Source: Vibrio nitrifigilis (GTDB lineage: Bacteria > Pseudomonadota > Gammaproteobacteria > Enterobacterales > Vibrionaceae). From it: DNA of 24,000 nucleotides. Position numbers and translations under genes: made by a program. Below the pieces are notes generated by a model, which ran no database searches, had not been told where the DNA came from, and worked only from the letters and a program-made list of their open reading frames with translations. How positions within the stretch are numbered: position 1 is the stretch's first letter; every line of letters begins with the position of its first letter. Positions 19,108 through 24,000 of this stretch are shown here, piece after piece. Location of the stretch: assembly GCF_015686695.1 (NCBI RefSeq), contig NZ_JADPMR010000001.1, positions 2,646,877-2,670,876 of the forward strand. Direction: 5' to 3'.

Positions 19108-19338
19108 ATGAAACGAGCAAATATTCTTACCAGTGGTAACACCGTTAGACCCTTGTCTCTTGCTGTATTGATGGCATTAAGTACTAGTGTGTCTGCTGAA
19201 GATTTAACTGTTCAACAGCAGATCACTCAGTTACAACAACAAATACAGAAAGCTCAGGTATTACTTAAACAGCTCTCTGCTAAAAAAACCAGTGCTCCAG
19301 ACCCTACAACTGAGCACATTGAAATCTGGTGGTTATAA
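19108..19338 (+). pseudogene. bglH: Internally deleted carbohydrate porin (BglH/ScrY/LamB family) reduced to 76 codons
   Basis: It has a signal peptide (…LMALSTSVSA-ED) and a Q/L-rich coiled coil, LTVQQQITQLQQQIQKAQVLLKQL. That resembles the periplasmic N-terminal extension of BglH/ScrY (E. coli BglH: LTVEQRLELLEKALRETQ). The ORF then ends directly in ...IEIWWL*, resembling the ...EIWW C-terminus of LamB-family barrels. The roughly 400-aa beta-barrel is missing. The position downstream of bglB matches E. coli bglB-bglH. Confidence 0.5.
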
Positions 19339-19420
19339 GTGTTTACATGATAAACAGAGGGAGCTGGTGCTCCCTTTGATGTTTCTAAAGGTATCGTTAG
19401 CTATGGCGTAGGAGAAGCCT

Positions 19421-21019
19421 ATGAAAATGAGACAAACGATAGCGGCTGGCGTTTTGAGCATGGCTTGTTCGCTAGTGGGAGGTATGGTGCAGGCGCAACC
19501 TACAAAGGTCGTCACGTTAGATGCTGGGAAAATTCAAGGGGTATCACAAGACAACATCGATGTTTATAAAGGCATCCCTTTTGCGGCAGCTCCTATTGGT
19601 GAGTTGCGTTGGCGCGCTCCTCAACCAGTACCTGCGTGGGATGGCATACGCCAAGTGACGCAGTATGGTCATGACTGTATGCAGAAGCCTTTTCCTAGTG
19701 ATGCGGCGCCATTGGGTACGGCGCCATCTGAAGATTGTTTAGTGCTTAACGTATGGGCACCTAAGCAAGATAAAAAGTCACTTAAACCCGTGATGGTATG
19801 GATTTATGGTGGCGGATTCGTCAATGGTGGGGCTTCTCCTGCTGTTTACGATGCCAGCCAGTTTGCTGAACAGGGGATAGTCGCGGTTAGCTTCAATTAT
19901 CGATTGGGAAGATTTGGTTTTTTTGCCCACCCAGCATTAACCAAGCAGCAGCGTAAATACCCAGAGGAAGCGTTAGGTAATTACGGTTTTATGGATCAAA
20001 TAGCTGCGTTGAAATGGGTAAAAAATAATATCAGTAAGTTTGGTGGCGATCCCAAGCAGGTCACTCTGGTAGGAGAGTCTGCTGGTGGTTTTTCTGAGCA
20101 TGTATTACTGACCTCGCCTAAGGCGAAAGGGTTATTTAATCAAGCCATCATCCAATCTGGTTTAGGACGACAATGGGAACATGCAAAACGGTTTGGTGTG
20201 CCCCTCTCTGATCCTGATTCAGCCGAAGCGACAGGTGTTGCTTTTGCCAAACAATGGGGGATTGAGGGTAATAACGAGCAGGCATTGAAAAAGCTGCGTT
20301 CACTCTCTGCAGATCAAGTTGTGGATGATATGAATATGATGAATATGAATACTCCAACGTATGCAGGGCCAATGCTCGATGGACGAATCATGGTGAAGCA
20401 ACCGCAAGAATACTACATGTCAGGTAAAGGGCTTGCTATGCCTATTATGGTCGGAGCAAATAGCTTTGATATCGGTTTTGCACCATCGGTGACGTCAACG
20501 CAGCAAGCCTTAGCGATATTTGGCAACGCCAACTACCACCAAGCGTTAGCCGCTTATAAACAAAGCGGGGTCACTCAGCCACAGGAGATAGCTCAGGCAT
20601 TAGCCAGTGATAGGTTAATGGTTGAGCCTGCTCGTTTTGTCGCACAGCAAGTAGATAAACAAGGTGGAGACGCCTATTTTTATCGGTTTGGATACGTGGC
20701 TGATAGCTTGAAGTCTCAATGGCCAGGTGCTTACCACGCGACTGATATTCCATATACATTTAATACAGTAAAAGCAAAATATGGTGACCAGTTAACACAC
20801 AATGATTCTGCTATGGCAGCGTTAATTCATCAGTATTGGGTTAACTTTATCAAACGTGGTGATCCTAATGGTGAGGGTATACCTGCTTGGGATTTGTATC
20901 AGGATGATGGCCATGAAATGATGATGTTTTCCAATCGAGGTGTCGCATATTCACACACAGTATCAGACCCCTGGACGGCACGTTTGGATATGGTTGCTCA
21001 CTTGTATGATAAGCCATAG
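19421..21019 (+). CDS. Secreted type-B carboxylesterase/lipase family protein
   Basis: 532 aa with a signal peptide (…GGMVQA-QP). It carries COesterase hallmarks: YKGIPFAAAPIGELRW, EDCLVLNVW, the oxyanion-hole motif IYGGGFVNGG, and the nucleophile elbow GESAGG. A GGAGAAG SD lies 5 nt upstream. Confidence 0.9.
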   Translation: MKMRQTIAAGVLSMACSLVGGMVQAQPTKVVTLDAGKIQGVSQDNIDVYKGIPFAAAPIGELRWRAPQPVPAWDGIRQVTQYGHDCMQKPFPSDAAPLGTAPSEDCLVLNVWAPKQDKKSLKPVMVWIYGGGFVNGGASPAVYDASQFAEQGIVAVSFNYRLGRFGFFAHPALTKQQRKYPEEALGNYGFMDQIAALKWVKNNISKFGGDPKQVTLVGESAGGFSEHVLLTSPKAKGLFNQAIIQSGLGRQWEHAKRFGVPLSDPDSAEATGVAFAKQWGIEGNNEQALKKLRSLSADQVVDDMNMMNMNTPTYAGPMLDGRIMVKQPQEYYMSGKGLAMPIMVGANSFDIGFAPSVTSTQQALAIFGNANYHQALAAYKQSGVTQPQEIAQALASDRLMVEPARFVAQQVDKQGGDAYFYRFGYVADSLKSQWPGAYHATDIPYTFNTVKAKYGDQLTHNDSAMAALIHQYWVNFIKRGDPNGEGIPAWDLYQDDGHEMMMFSNRGVAYSHTVSDPWTARLDMVAHLYDKP

Positions 21020-21202
21020 AAGCGGGCATTAAGGAAAGGGATGTACAGCTTGTTGAGCTTTAGATACATGATGATCTAAAAGCTCTGTAAGTTGTACATT
21101 TACAATTAAATCAATTTGTTATGTTTTTACTCTCGCGTGTCTATATTATTTGTACAGGCTTTGGGGTAATTGGAACCCTATGATCCAAAAGCTTGTCTAT
21201 AC

Positions 21203-22288
21203 TCACTTATTCTGCTCTTCATTAGATGCTTTATCTTCTTCGTCACGGCTTTCAATCACACCATATTTCCTTTTCCAAGCTTCCCAGCGTTCAAACGCCA
21301 ATTTTTGCATATTCATAATATGATCGGCTTCGTCAATGATTTCCTCACCGAGTAGAAATTCGAAAATATCTTCTAAAGTCACAATGCCTTGGACGGTTCC
21401 ATATTCATCGACAATCATCGCGATTTGCTGGCGTTGCTCGATCATCTGTTCGAATGCTTTAGGCAGTGTTTGAGTTTTGATTAAAGCGTGCAACGGGCGC
21501 ATTACCGCACCAAGCTGCTTTTCTCCAAACCCAGATTGTTGGAGGCGATAGAGTTCTAGTCGGTGTACAAAGCCAATGATGTTGTCTTTGGTGTCGCTGA
21601 ACACTAGAGGGCGAGAAAAAGGAGTGTCTTTATGGCTGGCGAGAAACTCATTAATCGTCAATAGGGCACTGACTCGAAATAAAACAATACGAGGTGTCAT
21701 GACTTGAGTAATCGGAATGCGCTGTAGTGCGAGTAAGTTATTAAGAATACGTGATTCTCCCTCTTCAAATTCGCCATTCTCGTTTGCCAATAACGCCATC
21801 GCTGAAATCTCATCACGATATTTGGGCATGGTGTGGTGTCTCTGTAGACGTTTGGTGATCTGTTGTGAAAACCATACGAAGGGAGCGAGAATGATCACCA
21901 TCCATTTCAATAGTCGACCTGTGAGAGGGGCCAATTGACGCCAGTAGGCTGCACCAATAGTCTTGGGAATAATTTCTGAGAGCACCAAAATACCAAAGGT
22001 GAGAACTGCCGAAAAAACGCCTAACCACTCGCTACCAAATACGACAGCTGCTTGTGCGCCTGCACTCGCCGCTCCAATCGTATGAGCAATCGTATTTAAG
22101 GTAAGGATAGAAGCGAGAGGCCGATCTATGTCGGATTTAAGGGCCATTAATGTGGGTGCTATGGGGTGTTCTTGCTGACGCAGTTGGGCGAGGTAACTTG
22201 GAGTCAGGCTCAGTAACACCGCTTCCAAGACCGAACAGATAAATGAGATACCGATCGCCACGCTAATGTAGATGGAAAGCAAAAACAT
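21203..22288 (-). CDS. CNNM/DUF21 transmembrane domain plus CBS-pair protein (HlyC/CorC-related transporter lacking the CorC_HlyC C-terminal domain)
   Basis: 361 aa. An N-terminal four-TM DUF21-like region (…EIIPKTIGA…) is followed by a CBS pair (VMTPRIVLF…, IAMIVDEYGTVQGIVTLEDIFEFLLGEEIIDE). Confidence 0.85.
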   Translation of the reverse strand: MFLLSIYISVAIGISFICSVLEAVLLSLTPSYLAQLRQQEHPIAPTLMALKSDIDRPLASILTLNTIAHTIGAASAGAQAAVVFGSEWLGVFSAVLTFGILVLSEIIPKTIGAAYWRQLAPLTGRLLKWMVIILAPFVWFSQQITKRLQRHHTMPKYRDEISAMALLANENGEFEEGESRILNNLLALQRIPITQVMTPRIVLFRVSALLTINEFLASHKDTPFSRPLVFSDTKDNIIGFVHRLELYRLQQSGFGEKQLGAVMRPLHALIKTQTLPKAFEQMIEQRQQIAMIVDEYGTVQGIVTLEDIFEFLLGEEIIDEADHIMNMQKLAFERWEAWKRKYGVIESRDEEDKASNEEQNK

Positions 22289-22627
22289 TGTCGATCCTTA
22301 TCATACCTTTTTATGATTTTAGTGTATTACGTCACCAGCGCAGAAAATTTCTTGCTATGGTTTACTATTACTAGTTGCATATGAAATGCCCGTTAAACGC
22401 AGGCCAAATCAGGCTTTGACGTGTTTTTATACTTATTAAATAAGGTGATAAGTACGTCAAAACAAGTCGTATAAATTGGTCAATGAGTAACAAATTGTGA
22501 GCTCTTACTCATATTATGGTTAAAAGTGCGTCAGAGTCACCAAACTTGCGCGACAAACCTTTGCCATACGGGCTATTTATGCTTTAGAGTGAAGTCAATT
22601 CGATAACCTATAAAGAAGGGAAACCTA

Positions 22628-22900
22628 ATGAACAAGACCCAATTAATCGACTTTATCGCAGAAAAAGCTGATCTATCTAAAGCACAAGCTAAATCTGCTC
22701 TTGAAGCTACACTTGGTGCTGTTGAAGGTGCACTTAAAGATGGTGACCAAGTTCAACTAATTGGTTTTGGTACATTCAAAGTAAACCACCGTGCAGCTCG
22801 CACTGGTCGTAATCCAAAAACTGGCGAAGAAATCCAAATCGCAGCAGCAAATGTTCCAGCATTCGTAGCTGGTAAAGCGCTAAAAGAATCTGTGAAATAA
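22628..22900 (+). CDS. hupA: DNA-binding protein HU, alpha subunit
   Basis: 90 aa: [22 protein letters not shown]...[41 protein letters not shown]. This is the canonical HU sequence. The synteny yjaG...hupA-yjaH-purD matches E. coli. Confidence 0.96.
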   Translation: MNKTQLIDFIAEKADLSKAQAKSALEATLGAVEGALKDGDQVQLIGFGTFKVNHRAARTGRNPKTGEEIQIAAANVPAFVAGKALKESVK

Positions 22901-22910
22901 TATTTGATTA

Positions 22911-22936
22911 ACGCCGAGGAAATCCTCGGCGTTTTT
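22911..22936 (+). terminator. hupA intrinsic terminator
   Basis: A perfect 9-bp GC-rich stem, ACGCCGAGG / CCTCGGCGT, with loop AAAT, followed by TTTTT. Confidence 0.9.
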
Positions 22937-22971
22937 CTTTCCTTCCTGAACATCTCTATTTAGCTTCAAAT

Positions 22972-23670
22972 ATGAAATATAGAATTGCTTCCATACTGTT
23001 GCTTAGCGTTTTGGCTGGATGCAGTTCGACATCCCCAACTTTAAAAAAACCGCAAACAGAGTTGTATAGTGGTGGTGAGCGAGTGGGTGATGAAGCTCGT
23101 TATTATTGGTTCACAGAAAAAAACAAAGCACCAGTCAGTGCTTCCGATTATGTTATTTCTGGCGCTTATAATTGGTATAAAACCAGTTATCGTTGGGACA
23201 ATAACTTAGTACGAGAAGTGGCCCGCGTTGGCGCTCAGCGTAAAGATGGCAAAGTAGTTTCTTTCGAAACGTTACTGCGTTTTGATGTTCGTGGTGAGCC
23301 TATTTATCAACGTTATCGGATTGATGGTAAAGTGTATCCATTAACGACAGAACAAATCGATAAATATATTCAGCAAGCCCGTTACGTTTCTAAAGTAACT
23401 CAAGAGCAAGACAAGCAAGGATTAGAATTAATCCAAGGTGTATGGAACGGAGAGAAGTTTGTAACGTGTCGGGCAAGACAATATGCTCGAGTTCAGTTCA
23501 ATGATTCATTGCCGGATTTTGTGATTAATCGACTCGCATCGATTGATAGTTACATTGCGTTTCTTGGAAAGATTCGTAATAACACCATCTATATCGAAAA
23601 GTTACTGACTTTGGATGATAGTGAGCATCAATGTGTGACTCGTCCAGAGCTACTTGATGAAAAGAATTAA
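22972..23670 (+). CDS. yjaH: DUF1481-type lipoprotein (YjaH-like)
   Basis: 232 aa with a lipoprotein signal and lipobox (LLLSVLAG-CSS). Its size and its position immediately after hupA match E. coli yjaH. Family membership is inferred from synteny and size, not from recognised motifs. Confidence 0.65.
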   Translation: MKYRIASILLLSVLAGCSSTSPTLKKPQTELYSGGERVGDEARYYWFTEKNKAPVSASDYVISGAYNWYKTSYRWDNNLVREVARVGAQRKDGKVVSFETLLRFDVRGEPIYQRYRIDGKVYPLTTEQIDKYIQQARYVSKVTQEQDKQGLELIQGVWNGEKFVTCRARQYARVQFNDSLPDFVINRLASIDSYIAFLGKIRNNTIYIEKLLTLDDSEHQCVTRPELLDEKN

Positions 23671-23702
23671 TGCCTTCTATTATTGCTTGTTCTAAATAAC
23701 AT

Positions 23703-23731
23703 AAAAAAAGCGCAGACTCAGTCTGCGCTTT
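23703..23731. terminator. Bidirectional terminator between yjaH-like (+) and purD (-)
   Basis: An A7 run, the stem GCGCAGAC / GTCTGCGC with a short loop, then TTT. The A7 run gives the U-tract for the minus-strand purD transcript. Confidence 0.85.
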
Positions 23732-23748
23732 GCGATCAATAACCGTGA

Positions 23749-24000
23749 TTACTTATCAGAGTGTTCGCGTGCAATCGCACGATAGCCAATATCGTTACGA
23801 TAGAACATACCATCCCAGCTTACTGTCTTAGCAAGCTCGTAAGCACGTTGTTGAGCTTCTGAAACTGTATTGCCCAGCGCAGTAGCACAAAGAACGCGGC
23901 CGCCGTTAGTGACAACTTGACCCTCTTTATCTGTGGTACCTGCGTGGAAAATTTTCTCGCCTTCAATTTCACCACTTGGCAGAGTGATAACATCGCCTTT
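23749..24000 (-). CDS. purD: Phosphoribosylamine--glycine ligase, C-terminal 83 codons (5' part outside the window)
   Basis: This ORF is not in the track because it has no start in the window. Minus-strand translation gives ...KGDVITLPSGEIEGEKIFHAGTTDKEGQVVTNGGRVLCATALGNTVSEAQQRAYELAKTVSWDGMFYRNDIGYRAIAREHSDK*. That is collinear with the E. coli PurD C-terminus (VFHAGT...VVTNGGRVLCVTALGHTVAEAQKRAY...WDG.F.R.DIG.RAI.RE). Confidence 0.92.
   Translation of the reverse strand, partial: KGDVITLPSGEIEGEKIFHAGTTDKEGQVVTNGGRVLCATALGNTVSEAQQRAYELAKTVSWDGMFYRNDIGYRAIAREHSDK

Noticed and set aside
22420-22535. Small palindromes upstream of hupA: CTTATTaAATAAG near 22432-22444 and ATGAGTAA…TTACTCAT near 22484-22513.
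   Set aside because: They are short AT-rich symmetric elements in a promoter region. They are plausible protein-binding sites, but nothing sets them apart from background.

Overview
This looks like a chromosomal segment from a moderately AT-rich gammaproteobacterium. The gene content (yjbGH, an rjg-like gene, hupA/yjaG/yjaH/purD) suggests Vibrionaceae, but that is my inference. Left to right: (1) The tail of a surface-polysaccharide locus: yjbG (partial), yjbH, an in-frame rfbB'-'rfbC fusion relic with two TAG stops, one family-3 acyltransferase, and an MBL/beta-CASP hydrolase resembling the Vibrio 'right junction gene'. (2) A 614-nt gap with no convincing gene, then an aaeXAB-like efflux operon (DUF1656, HlyD adaptor, FUSC pump). 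(3) An unrecognised 346-aa lipoprotein and a 61-aa membrane peptide. (4) An overlapping pair encoding a UDG-family protein and a GhrA-like 2-hydroxyacid dehydrogenase. (5) yjaG. (6) A beta-glucoside (bgl) regulon in two divergent units: bglG-bglF on the minus strand and bglB plus a 76-codon mini-bglH on the plus strand. It carries four RAT antiterminator sites, three with clear overlapping intrinsic terminators, and a near-consensus CRP site. (7) A secreted type-B carboxylesterase. (8) A CNNM/DUF21-CBS transporter. (9) hupA, a DUF1481 lipoprotein (yjaH) and the 3' end of purD. I found no CRISPR array, tRNA/rRNA, transposase, integrase or recognisable defence or toxin genes, and no convincing new multi-gene system. 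The most unusual points are regulatory and evolutionary. bglB is preceded by two complete RAT-terminator modules in series. The bglG-bglF RAT lacks a canonical terminator but sits upstream of an 8-bp helix that would sequester the bglF SD (Shine-Dalgarno site). Two loci, rfbB/rfbC and bglH, have been reduced to in-frame internal-deletion relics. The whole variable polysaccharide region appears collapsed. All homology statements come from my reading of the translated ORFs and my recollection of E. coli or family sequences. No database search was run.
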